A stretch of DNA of 64,000 nt, taken from the NCBI GenBank assembly GCA_021815445.1, contig JAKAGM010000001.1:3447-67446 (forward strand), given 5' to 3'. Below the pieces are notes generated by a model, which saw only the letters and a program-made list of their open reading frames with translations, was not told the origin of the DNA and made no database searches. Positions within the stretch are counted from its first letter, which is position 1; each line of letters begins with the position of its first letter. This document shows, piece after piece, positions 29,254 through 38,629 of this stretch. The stretch comes from a bacterium. GTDB lineage: Bacteria; Patescibacteriota; Patescibacteriia; UBA10025. Position numbers and translations under genes: made by a program.

Positions 29254-29784
29254 ATGTCGCGGCCCTTTCACTTACACGTAGAAGAAGGATATTATTTTCT
29301 TACTGCTCGGACTCAGCAAGGATACCCGTTTTTACATAGCCAAAATGCCAAAAGAATTCTCTTAGGATCAATTGAACAATCGGTTCAACAATGCACGATT
29401 AAACTTTTTGCGTGGGTAATAATGGATAATCATTACCACATTCTTATCGGTACCGATAGGGGGCAAAGAATACAACAGCTTATGCAGCTGATTCATGGAA
29501 GAAGCTCAAGACGTCTACGAAAGTTTAATCAAACGGAGGGCAGACTGATCAGTCTGCCCTCCACGGGGTGGAAAGTCTGGCAAAATTACTGGGACATATG
29601 TATCCGTGATGAGGCAGATTTCTTTACCCACCTGAACTATATCCACCACAACCCGGTCAAGCACGGATTAGTGAGAAGGATGGAGGACTACCCATTTTCA
29701 AGCTATAGACAATACGTTCAAACAGAGGGTTCTCAGTGGCTCGACAGCTCCTTTGAGACTTATCCCGTCATTGACTTTACATAG
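29254..29784 (+). mobile_element. IS200/IS605-family Y1 (HuH) transposase or REP-associated tyrosine transposase-like gene, solitary
   Basis: HuH motif MDNHYHILIG and C-terminal catalytic-Tyr region YIHHNPVKHGLV...DYPFSSYRQY; only 10 bp from the upstream stop, so no IS ends are recognisable. Confidence 0.6.
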
Positions 29785-29906
29785 TAGTAACCTTTCAGCT
29801 GCCTGACCATTACGTCCGCCTTGACAAAAGTTTACAGTTCATGTACGGTATGGGGAATTTCTAAATCACAAACTGTTCATCACATTCAACAGAAAGAGAG
29901 GTTTGT

Positions 29907-30974
29907 ATGGCCGCGGATCCAAGCGCTGAAAACACAGGATCCCGCCCGGGGCGACTCAGTGCGCTTCGAGATTTTACTTCGCGTTTTAAACCCACATTCA
30001 AAGCCGATGATAAGGCAATGCTCTTACTTCGGCTGGTCCTCTTCGTCGCGTGGGTCGGAGCCACCCTGGCTCTAGCTTTCACGCACCCGTTTCTGGCCGT
30101 CACCTTGTTTGGCACGGTTATGTTCTTCTTCGGCACCGTCAAGGTGGACGAAGGCAACCGTGGACTTCCATCTCTGCTTGGCGGGCGCAAACCCGTAAGT
30201 TTGCCTGAGGGCCTGAAGCCAGTCCTACCATTTTTGATCACGGTGCGCAGTATTGATATCCGTGATCATCTGACGATGGTAACTGTCAGGCATCAATCCG
30301 CGGACGGTTTCTTTCATGATGTGCAGGTTGCCGTGCAGTGGCATGCCCCTCGACGAAATGATGAGTCTGGTCGATGGTTCGACGGTCGTCAGCTTCTGGC
30401 GTTCGACAACCTTGAACCAGGGGTTGCTGAGCGGCAAGTGATCGCGCTGACCGAACAGGCTACAGAGCCCACCATAGCTTCCTATGCCCACGATCAGCTG
30501 TCCGGCATTAATGTCTACCAGTTGGTGGACAAGCTCAAGGATGCTCTGGAAAATGGGGTCAGCCTTGACCTGGGCGCAATCTTCTCCCGGGACTCGGCAA
30601 TCGCCCTGAAAACCCGGGCGGACATGGCTCGCCAAATCCGCGATGTCATTTCCGTCCAGCTGAAGTCTGTCGGGATTGTTGTCTCGATGGTCGCTATGGC
30701 CGTCGTGAATCCCGACAAGACCATTGTTGACCTCCTGGAGGAAATCCAAAGGCAGTTTGTCGAGAAGTCCTCCCAGGCGCTCGATACCGCGGGTGACATT
30801 CAGAAAGCGCTTCAGTTTGTCGAGGCGGCTAAGAGGCGCGGCCAGGAAGTTACGCTGCTTGACGCGTATCGAACGATTCGCGACCTCGATAACCGGGAAG
30901 TTGCAGCGAAGCAGGGCCTCTCAAGTGCCCTCATTGAAAGTCTTGCGAGGGCGGTCAGCAGTCAGGCAGCATGA
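29907..30974 (+). CDS. SPFH/band-7 (stomatin/flotillin-like) membrane protein with C-terminal coiled-coil
   Basis: TM helix, then VKVDEGNRGLPSLLGGRKP...ITVRSIDIRDH...SADGFFHDVQVAVQW resembling the band-7 core; SD AGAGAGG precedes the ATG. Confidence 0.6.
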   Translation: MAADPSAENTGSRPGRLSALRDFTSRFKPTFKADDKAMLLLRLVLFVAWVGATLALAFTHPFLAVTLFGTVMFFFGTVKVDEGNRGLPSLLGGRKPVSLPEGLKPVLPFLITVRSIDIRDHLTMVTVRHQSADGFFHDVQVAVQWHAPRRNDESGRWFDGRQLLAFDNLEPGVAERQVIALTEQATEPTIASYAHDQLSGINVYQLVDKLKDALENGVSLDLGAIFSRDSAIALKTRADMARQIRDVISVQLKSVGIVVSMVAMAVVNPDKTIVDLLEEIQRQFVEKSSQALDTAGDIQKALQFVEAAKRRGQEVTLLDAYRTIRDLDNREVAAKQGLSSALIESLARAVSSQAA

Positions 30975-31275
30975 TCTTTCAACTTCTTCGGGTGTGAGCG
31001 GCCCAAGGGTGTTCACCTCCCACGGACTCGTGTATTTTGCGGGTCCTTTTTTTGTTCAAGTGGGATTACGAATCCCACCTACACGTGAGGCGGTCTTGAC
31101 AAGATCATGGTAAATGTGGTAAGGTGGGGTGCTTTTTATGATGCACAAAGTGTGTCTTAGGAAGCTTGTCAGGAGGGTAGTATTTGAATGCTCTTTGACA
31201 ATTGAATGAACAATCAACTTAAGTTCTCATAACTCATAGCTCACCCCAGATGCGGGTGGAAAGGAGTAATTCCTT

Positions 31276-31380
31276 ATGAACGCGCATGCGTTCAAAGTGT
31301 CTTTTGGCACTTGGTGCGCCAGGGCACCCGCAAATTCCTGGACGTTTCCACTTCCAACGCGGGAGGTGAGCGATGGTTGA
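31276..31380 (+). CDS. micro-ORF a (34 aa) with strong SD
   Basis: AAGGAG 9 nt upstream; MNAHAFKVSFGTWCARAPANSWTFPLPTREVSDG. Confidence 0.3.
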   Translation: MNAHAFKVSFGTWCARAPANSWTFPLPTREVSDG

Positions 31381-31435
31381 GCAGTATCTTGGAATGGCGC
31401 AAGTTGTTGAAGCGGGAGGAGGTGATCCTTCGTGA
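31373..31435 (+). CDS. micro-ORF b (20 aa) overlapping ORF a and the next gene
   Basis: GGGAGGTGA SD; MVEQYLGMAQVVEAGGGDPS; its stop overlaps the GTG start of the 31432 gene. Confidence 0.2.
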   Translation: MVEQYLGMAQVVEAGGGDPS

Positions 31436-32355
31436 GGGAAAATCCAGCTTTACCCTTCGGCACATTAATTCGATGGGGAATTTCTGCTGCCAGACGGCAC
31501 AGCGAAGGTGAATTTAAGGATGGCATCCACTTCCTACATGAAGCCGACCACATGCTCTTTGCTTTTTTGCGAGAGCTAACCGACCGCACACAAAGTCCAG
31601 AACTTCGAGCACTTTTGAATTCCGTCGTCGAAGAACTGGGCCATTCCATTGGAGACAGCGAAATGGTACAGCAGCGGAGAGACAGAGGCAGGGGACAGCC
31701 CCAAGGAGCCTCTGTACAGAAAGATCGTCAACAGAATGTTAAAGTTGGCGATTCAGCACGAGGCAGAGTAAAGGTGAACGATCTTTCGGGCGCCGGCGGA
31801 GACCGTCTCAGACATATTCTGCAAGTAATTGATACCAAGGATGCGGAGCGAGCTTCATTGGTTTGCGAGAAGCTTGATGAGCACAGTCAATCGGGGCTGC
31901 TGCATCTTGGTCAAAGTCTGATCGCAGCGGGTGGTACGGATAATGAACAAAAGGACCTGCTGCTGAGACTCCTCGGCATCGGTGTTGGTGAAGAAAAACA
32001 AGCACACTCGAACACCGAAGTGATTACGAGAGCCGCGGAAGTTCTTTCGTGGCTTTCACCCGAGACTAAGCTGAAACTTCACGCAGCTAAGGCAAGCAAT
32101 GAAGCGCTCGCTGCTTTGCATCCTCTGGGAGAAGATCGCGTGCGCAAGTTGCTTGACGAAATGGCGCAAGATCTGGAGTTTCTCGAACAGCTCGTTGCGG
32201 CTAAACACGGGAGAATCCAGAAGGGTTTTTCTTGGATAGGCCGCATGTTTCAAAACTTGCGCGGAACACCGGCAAGCACAGATCAAGTGGAGGCCGCGCG
32301 CGCAAGCAACCTTGCAGCATGGGCAGCGGTCGAAGCACAACGCAATGCGAGTTAA
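31432..32355 (+). CDS. hypothetical alpha-helical cytoplasmic protein
   Basis: GTG start preceded by GGAGGAGG SD; 307 aa, no TM helix, no recognisable domain. Confidence 0.5.
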   Translation: MRENPALPFGTLIRWGISAARRHSEGEFKDGIHFLHEADHMLFAFLRELTDRTQSPELRALLNSVVEELGHSIGDSEMVQQRRDRGRGQPQGASVQKDRQQNVKVGDSARGRVKVNDLSGAGGDRLRHILQVIDTKDAERASLVCEKLDEHSQSGLLHLGQSLIAAGGTDNEQKDLLLRLLGIGVGEEKQAHSNTEVITRAAEVLSWLSPETKLKLHAAKASNEALAALHPLGEDRVRKLLDEMAQDLEFLEQLVAAKHGRIQKGFSWIGRMFQNLRGTPASTDQVEAARASNLAAWAAVEAQRNAS

Positions 32356-32408
32356 CTGCAACCAATCCCCGGTGACGACAATTGTCCCGGTGCAAACTGG
32401 AGAAATAC

Positions 32409-33023
32409 ATGGCTGATAAAAGTGATGAAAGGGAAAAGCGTCCCGACAAGGACGAAAGGCCGAAATCAACCGCCGAAAAGGTGGCTGAGATAGCGGCTGA
32501 TCCTGTCACAGGGATGCTCGAAGGATTCGCCCAGGCGTTCCGCGAAATCGTGATGGACAGATCCGTCGCGGAGCTTGTGGTTCTGTGGCTGATGGGACTC
32601 GTGACTACGAAGATTGTAGTTAACGGGATCTCAAACTTCATTCGCAATGATGCAAACCTCGTGGACATGAAACACCAGCACAAGATGGAGCTTCTTGGCC
32701 GCCTCACCGGGAACACTGAATGGTTCCTGAAGCAGTGCAAGAAGACTCTGATTGAATGCAAGGACTTCGTGTTCGACAGAGCGAGTAAGTATTACCAGTT
32801 CCTCAAGACCAAGGACACCGAAAGTGCGGCATGGATCACGACCCACGCAGATCGTTTTGCAGCGGATGCGGAACGGATCCGTTTGGGGAGGAAGCAGGTA
32901 AGCTTTCTTCACCCACTCAGTGTGTTCAACCGGAGATTGGTATGGCGTCGTCGCTTGTGGCCAATCTCAATCCAGACGATCACCGTACCAACAACAGCAG
33001 TCAATGCTCAGGAGGTAAACTAG
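32409..33023 (+). CDS. hypothetical single-pass membrane protein
   Basis: acidic/basic N-terminus, one TM helix (VAELVVLWLMGLVTTKIVV); stop lies 1 bp before the next ATG. Confidence 0.5.
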   Translation: MADKSDEREKRPDKDERPKSTAEKVAEIAADPVTGMLEGFAQAFREIVMDRSVAELVVLWLMGLVTTKIVVNGISNFIRNDANLVDMKHQHKMELLGRLTGNTEWFLKQCKKTLIECKDFVFDRASKYYQFLKTKDTESAAWITTHADRFAADAERIRLGRKQVSFLHPLSVFNRRLVWRRRLWPISIQTITVPTTAVNAQEVN

Positions 33024-33024
33024 C

Positions 33025-34995
33025 ATGTCGGATGCAAATTCGACTTCAACTGGCCCGGAAGACGGCGCTGATACCATTTCTAAAAAGCGCGGTCTCTTCA
33101 AGTGGCTGTTACACTTGTTTGACAAGGAAAAGATGGATCCGGCAGCTCGTGGCCTCCTCAACGAGATTGACACTGAGGAAGGCACCAAACCGGTATGGCT
33201 CCTATGGGGTGCGTTGGCGGGAATGTTCTTCGCCTTCACTCAAACCGGCCGGTCTGGCGTCGACGCTGGCTACCAGTTCGTGAATCGCGAGCTGCAGCGT
33301 TTTCTGGATTTCACAAAACGCATCGCAGTGTTTACGGTATGGTGCGTGCTTCCAGGAGCGTTCTCGTACGTATTCTGGCTCTTGATGGCGACATGGCTGC
33401 AATTCGATCCGTCGTTTTGGCTGTTCTGGTCGGGGATCCTGGTTGCTCTCGGATGGACTGTGTTCTTCACCTATTTGGTGGTCATCCAGAGCATCATTCG
33501 GCTTCTCAAAGTTCAGGAAGACCTGTCGACAATCGACACCAAAACTCCGGAAGGAAAGAGGCTGAAGGAAGAGCGACGTGCGGCACGTTTTGCTCTCGCT
33601 GGCGCGTTCTCGAAATCGATCCTGTGGTGTTGCCTCTATATCCTGTTCGGTATGCTGTTGCGGCCGTGGGAACATCTCCTCACGTTCGTTATCTTCAACC
33701 TTTCCCTCTTTGTGACGCTCTTGACGAAAGACTCGTCACAGCGGGGGCGTGAAGGTAAGTGGACGATCGGACATCTCATGGAAGCTGTGCAAATCGGCAG
33801 CATAGCCGCGGTATGCATTTTCCTGACGATTCACTACTGGAATGTTGGTCTTCGGCGCGCGGGTGGTCCCCAGGTTGCAAAAGTCCTCGATGCCCTTGCT
33901 GACGTGGGTATTGTCACTTCGGACCAAGTTCTCGGTTGGGCACCGGTGAAGAGACAGGTCGACTCACTGAAAGTCGTCCGTTCAAAAGCAGAAGATCGGA
34001 ACAAGGACGGTTTTGTCGATGCTCTCGATACCGCATTTGCCGTCATGGATATCGACGGTCGCGGCGGGATGCCAAATCTCGCCGATCTGAGAGCTTTCCC
34101 GCTGTATTTCAGGTCAACCGCTGACACCACCATCAGTGAGCTCGGTGACGGTACGATGGATACCACAATTGTACGTGGCCCGCGCGAGTGGACTCTTCAT
34201 GCCACTGTCGGACCCTACAAGCAGCCGGTCGGCGACTTCAACGGCGATTTCCATGTCAACATGGAGGACTCCCTAGATTTCGCAAATTATCTGCTTATGG
34301 GTGGACACCCGCCAATCTACCAGACCGATCCGGATATGATCCCCGCCGGCGACAGACCTCTCACATCCGAGCCTCCAAAGAAGGACACTCTCGTGCTTTA
34401 CGGATCCTTGGAGAAACCTGAGGCTCGCTATCCGTCAGCCGATGTGAGGGATCGCGCTGACAGAATCCGCCAGCTCGCGGAACGCCAAGTAGAGGGAGAA
34501 CAGCAGCGTGCGGTGGTCGTACCGTCGGTATCTGAAGTGCCGATGGCATACTCACCGCAAACGGTGAATTACAACGTGGATGCGAAGAATCCCGAGCCCC
34601 TCTCCATAGGGCGATTCCCCAGCGGTTCTGTGATTCACATCCTGGCCACGGGCAAGATCAGGTACGATAATTTACTCGCCCAAAGGTTCACGATCGGTCC
34701 CATCGGAGATCCCGAGCAGGGGCCGGTATGGAAGGCCAATGTTGCCGGCGAAGACTTACCGATCTGGCATGGAGCACTATGCATCGTGGTCCCGCCAGAT
34801 AAGTCCATCAAAGGATTCGTACCCCCGTCGCAACACATGCCCTTGAATTGGATAAGGGATGGTGGCGGCGTATGGATTGCCGACTTCCCTGTCTCAATCG
34901 ACGGGGAGTATGAGCTTGTCGTCGCAGACGGAGGATACGGCGACAATGACGGGTATTACGTGGCTACGGTCAAGTGGTCACGTCAGTCAAGTTAG
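33025..34995 (+). CDS. polytopic membrane protein with dockerin/EF-hand-like Ca-binding loops and a beta-rich C-terminal domain
   Basis: SD GGAGG; about six TM helices; DRNKDGFVDALD...DIDGRGGMPNLADL and DFNGDFHVNMED loops; C-terminal ~150 aa Gly/Asp-rich beta domain. Confidence 0.55.
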   Translation: MSDANSTSTGPEDGADTISKKRGLFKWLLHLFDKEKMDPAARGLLNEIDTEEGTKPVWLLWGALAGMFFAFTQTGRSGVDAGYQFVNRELQRFLDFTKRIAVFTVWCVLPGAFSYVFWLLMATWLQFDPSFWLFWSGILVALGWTVFFTYLVVIQSIIRLLKVQEDLSTIDTKTPEGKRLKEERRAARFALAGAFSKSILWCCLYILFGMLLRPWEHLLTFVIFNLSLFVTLLTKDSSQRGREGKWTIGHLMEAVQIGSIAAVCIFLTIHYWNVGLRRAGGPQVAKVLDALADVGIVTSDQVLGWAPVKRQVDSLKVVRSKAEDRNKDGFVDALDTAFAVMDIDGRGGMPNLADLRAFPLYFRSTADTTISELGDGTMDTTIVRGPREWTLHATVGPYKQPVGDFNGDFHVNMEDSLDFANYLLMGGHPPIYQTDPDMIPAGDRPLTSEPPKKDTLVLYGSLEKPEARYPSADVRDRADRIRQLAERQVEGEQQRAVVVPSVSEVPMAYSPQTVNYNVDAKNPEPLSIGRFPSGSVIHILATGKIRYDNLLAQRFTIGPIGDPEQGPVWKANVAGEDLPIWHGALCIVVPPDKSIKGFVPPSQHMPLNWIRDGGGVWIADFPVSIDGEYELVVADGGYGDNDGYYVATVKWSRQSS

Positions 34996-35021
34996 TTGAT
35001 TGTGTCATTTCAATTGTTCAA

Positions 35022-35059
35022 CGGGGGACGAGTCTTTACGATTCGCCCCCTTTTTATTT
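35022..35059 (+). terminator. rho-independent terminator ending the 31.4-35.0 kb operon
   Basis: GGGGGACGAGTC...GATTCGCCCCC followed by TTTTTATTT. Confidence 0.6.
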
Positions 35060-35161
35060 AGCGGCATCAGATGTTTGCATAATGGGTCATGCAGACATTT
35101 TTTAAGTTGAAATAAATTTTCGAGCGGCGATAGCATGTAAAAAACTTGGAAGAATTCTCAC

Positions 35162-35190
35162 TTGAAATAATATGCGTTCCATGGTATACT
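35162..35190 (+). promoter_or_regulatory. sigma70-like promoter
   Basis: TTGAAA, 17-nt spacer, TATACT, about 35 nt upstream of the 35225 ATG. Confidence 0.5.
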
Positions 35191-35224
35191 GAGTCAGGAA
35201 ATAAAAAACCAAAACCATTATCCC

Positions 35225-38200
35225 ATGCTACGACGGTATCTCTTTTTTACCGCAGTGTTTGGCGCGATAGCCATCGCGATAAGCATTTTTGCTGTGCCTG
35301 TCGGCCATGCTGCTTACGGTGATACGTCAACATTTATAGGTCAAATCTATGCCGGGGATGGCGGTCAGGTGCTGGACGCGTACTTTGATTTTCCTGATGA
35401 CATGATCCTTGATGCATCCGGAAATTTTCTCATCGCCGATACGTATAACAATGTCGTTCGGAAAGTGGACGGCTCGGGTATCGTGAGCACGATGGCCGGC
35501 ACGGGGTCGACGGGATTCATTAACGGTGCGAGCGGGTCAGCCGAATTTTATCAGCCGCGGGCGCTTGTCGCCGCTGCGAACGGCGATATCTACGTTGCTG
35601 ATTCCGCGAACAACGCCGTGCGAAAAATAAGCGGAGGAATTGTTTCCACCGTAGTTTCATCGGGGCTGAATTCGCCTCTGGGGCTCGCACTTGCCGGTAC
35701 GGCACTCTATATCTCTGATTCAGGAAACAATGCAATCAAGTACGTGAGCACGAGCGGAGGCGCCGTCACTACGTTGGCGACTGGCGTGAATGATCCCCGT
35801 AAACTTATCGTCAGCGCCGACGGTTCAAAACTTTATGTTGCTGATAACGGGAATCACCGTGTTGTTTCCATTGCACTGCCCGGAGGAGCCGTCACGGTTG
35901 TCGCCGGGTCGGGAACGTCAGGGTATGTCGAAGGAACCGGCACGGCTGCCCAATTCCAAAATGTCTGGGGGCTTGTCCAGGATGGAACGACACTCTACGT
36001 CACCGATCATGACGGGCTGGTGACTGACAGGATTCGCACTATTAATTTAAATACCGGGACGACCGGCCTTTTTGCCTTTGACCAGTACCAGCGCACAATG
36101 CTCTACCCCGGGGCCCTTGTCATAAAAGATGGTTACCTCTACGCGATGATGACCGGTAGAGGCACCATTCAACGATTTCTCCTTACTGATTCCGCTACGA
36201 CAGACCACTTCGGAGGTGTGGAGGCCTTCAGCGACACGATAGGCACCAACGCATTGGTGGGCAGGCCGCTTGATTTGACGTTGTCTCCCGACGGGAAGTA
36301 CGTGTACTTTTCCGAGAACAACAAGGTACGGAAGTTTGATGCGACCACGGGCGAGGTGCTCACCGTGCTTGGCTCCATTACTGACGGGTACCGTGAAGGC
36401 ACGGATGCGTACCCGAGTCCCATGAGATTCAGCGGGCCTTTTGGCATCACCGTGAACTCCACAGGCACGCGGCTGTATGTCGCCGACAGGAACAATAACA
36501 GGATCCGGGGAGTGCTTCTTGACGCGACTCCAATTTCTTCGTTCCTGGTGAGCGGAGCCGGGTTGACGAATACGACCGGCACGCAGGACAACGGCTACCA
36601 GGAGGGCGTGAAGTGCGAAGGAGAACTTGCCCAAGGGGTGTCAGGATGCGCGTATTTCAAAAATCCTGCGGGTATAGTCATTGACCCGACAAACACGTAT
36701 CTCTATGTCACCGATACGGGGAATAACCGCGTGAGGAGAGTCCGCATCTCCGACGGCCAAACTTCACTCATAGCCGGATCCGGGACAGCGGGATTTGCCG
36801 ACGGCGCCGGTTCCGCGGCAAAATTCAACCGGCCATTCGGGATAGCGATTGATTCGGCGGGCAAATTCCTCTATATCGCCGATTCAAACAATCATCGCAT
36901 TCGCAAGATTGACCTTGCTACCAATACAGTCTCGACATTGATCGGAACCGGGGCCCTCGGCTACGCCAATGCAACCCCGTTGAATTCAGTGCTCTCGTAT
37001 CCCGAATATGTCGATGTCACCAGTAATGGCAATGTGTATTTTACCGAAGCGGGCTCCCAGCGCATCCGTGTGTTTGATATTGCCGCAAACGCAGTCAAGC
37101 TTGTCGCCGGCTCCGGCACCCGCGGCTTCCTCAATGGCGCCGCGTCGGTGGCGAAGTTTAACAATCTCAAGGGGCTCGCAGTAGATACTCAAAAGAACAA
37201 GATTTTTGTCGCAGATTCCTGGAACGACCTCATTCGCGCCGTCAATATTACCGGAGATATTCCGTATACTGACCCGGCTCCCGAGGTTGCGGCTGTATCA
37301 CCGAAAAACGTCAATCCCGCGTGGAACACCGGGTCGGGCCTTAAAGTCCAAATCACGGGAAAAAACTTTCGGTATAACGCGACTGTATTGTTTGGAAACT
37401 TCACTGCTGAGAAGACATGGGTAGTGTCGGGGACTGCGATAGTTGCGCAGCTCCCGCTTTCAAAGATGTCCCCTGGAATCTATGACGTCACCGTTCGTGA
37501 AGCTGACGGGCAGGAAGCGACGCTGGAAAAAGGGTTCAATCTTACGCAGACAAATAATGCTCTCTCAACCACCTACTTTGCCTATGCGGGAAAGAAGCAG
37601 GCGAACATTGCCGTGGCGCCGGGAAGTTCTTTCTTTGCTTTCTCCTCAACGTTGAGAGGAGGTTTCAATGTTACCTCGGGAAATGTGGCCGGGGACAGCA
37701 AAAGCGAAATCATTGTCGGGACGGGAAACGGTATGAATCCCGAAATCCGTGTTTTCACGAATGGAGGAAAACTTCTCAGCGCGTTTGCACCGTATAGCCC
37801 CTCCATTAAGTCGGGCGTGCGCCTCTATGTCTGCGATGTGAATGGCGACGGGGCGAAGGATATAGTCACAGTCCCCGGGCCGGGCGCTGCACCGCTCGTC
37901 AAAGTATTTTCGGGCGAGGGAAAATTGGAGTCAAGTTTTTCCGCGCTCGACGGAAAGTTTAAAGGCGGCGCGTTCTTGGCCTGCGGAGATGTGAATGGCG
38001 ACGGTGTCAGCGATATAGTCGTATCCGCGGGAAAAGGCGGGGGGCCACATGTCACCGCGCATTCGTCCTCCGGCAAAATCATAGCGAACTTTTTCGCTTA
38101 TGATAAAAATTTCCGAGGAGGCATCAGGGTCGCTACGGCAGATATTGACGGTGACGGCAAGGAAGAAATCATTACCGGGCCCGACAACGGCGCGCCGCAC

Positions 38201-38551
38201 ATACAGACATTCCAGTTCCGTTCAGGGATCGTCAAGCGCCTCAATCCCGGGTGGTTCGTATTTTCCCGTGATTATCGCGGAGGGGTTTCAGTCGCGGGAG
38301 CCGATGTCGACGGAGACGGGTCAAAAGAAATCATCGTCGGGGTAGGGGACAATGCGACGCCCCTGGTGAAAGTGCTCAACAAGAGCGGTACGCTTGTGAA
38401 ACAATTCTATGCTTTTGCCACGACCTTCTTGGGCGGTGTCAATATAGGCGGTGGCGATGTCGACGGTGACGGGCTGGACGAAGTTCTTGTGCTTCCTAGA
38501 AGCGGGGGAGGGCCGAATCTCCGGATTATCAATGTCGAACAGTTGAAGTAA
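35225..38551 (+). CDS. giant secreted/surface protein: NHL-repeat beta-propellers, IPT/TIG-like domain and FG-GAP repeats
   Basis: signal peptide; more than 10 NHL-type repeats (ADSANNAVRKI, VADNGNHRVVSI, ADRNNNRIRGV, TDTGNNRVRRV, ADSNNHRIRKI); C-terminal FG-GAP-like CDVNGDGAKDIV / GDVNGDGVSDIV / ADIDGDGKEEII / ADVDGDGSKEII / GDVDGDGLDEVL. Confidence 0.75.
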   Translation: MLRRYLFFTAVFGAIAIAISIFAVPVGHAAYGDTSTFIGQIYAGDGGQVLDAYFDFPDDMILDASGNFLIADTYNNVVRKVDGSGIVSTMAGTGSTGFINGASGSAEFYQPRALVAAANGDIYVADSANNAVRKISGGIVSTVVSSGLNSPLGLALAGTALYISDSGNNAIKYVSTSGGAVTTLATGVNDPRKLIVSADGSKLYVADNGNHRVVSIALPGGAVTVVAGSGTSGYVEGTGTAAQFQNVWGLVQDGTTLYVTDHDGLVTDRIRTINLNTGTTGLFAFDQYQRTMLYPGALVIKDGYLYAMMTGRGTIQRFLLTDSATTDHFGGVEAFSDTIGTNALVGRPLDLTLSPDGKYVYFSENNKVRKFDATTGEVLTVLGSITDGYREGTDAYPSPMRFSGPFGITVNSTGTRLYVADRNNNRIRGVLLDATPISSFLVSGAGLTNTTGTQDNGYQEGVKCEGELAQGVSGCAYFKNPAGIVIDPTNTYLYVTDTGNNRVRRVRISDGQTSLIAGSGTAGFADGAGSAAKFNRPFGIAIDSAGKFLYIADSNNHRIRKIDLATNTVSTLIGTGALGYANATPLNSVLSYPEYVDVTSNGNVYFTEAGSQRIRVFDIAANAVKLVAGSGTRGFLNGAASVAKFNNLKGLAVDTQKNKIFVADSWNDLIRAVNITGDIPYTDPAPEVAAVSPKNVNPAWNTGSGLKVQITGKNFRYNATVLFGNFTAEKTWVVSGTAIVAQLPLSKMSPGIYDVTVREADGQEATLEKGFNLTQTNNALSTTYFAYAGKKQANIAVAPGSSFFAFSSTLRGGFNVTSGNVAGDSKSEIIVGTGNGMNPEIRVFTNGGKLLSAFAPYSPSIKSGVRLYVCDVNGDGAKDIVTVPGPGAAPLVKVFSGEGKLESSFSALDGKFKGGAFLACGDVNGDGVSDIVVSAGKGGGPHVTAHSSSGKIIANFFAYDKNFRGGIRVATADIDGDGKEEIITGPDNGAPHIQTFQFRSGIVKRLNPGWFVFSRDYRGGVSVAGADVDGDGSKEIIVGVGDNATPLVKVLNKSGTLVKQFYAFATTFLGGVNIGGGDVDGDGLDEVLVLPRSGGGPNLRIINVEQLK

Positions 38552-38577
38552 AAAGCGTTGAAAAAGGAATAGCGTGG

Positions 38578-38607
38578 GTATATCAACGTGTTAACACATT
38601 AATACAT
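38578..38607. promoter_or_regulatory. 30-bp palindromic site 2 (core ACGTGTTAACACAT)
   Basis: centre about 37 bp upstream of the 38630 ATG. Confidence 0.5.
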
Positions 38608-38629
38608 TTCGAAAGACAAGAACAGATCC

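Noticed and set aside
29244-29906. Complete IS200/IS605 insertion sequence with terminal hairpins around the Y1 transposase gene
   Set aside because: The gene starts 10 bp after the upstream stop. I could not see subterminal hairpins or a TnpB partner, so only the transposase gene itself is called.
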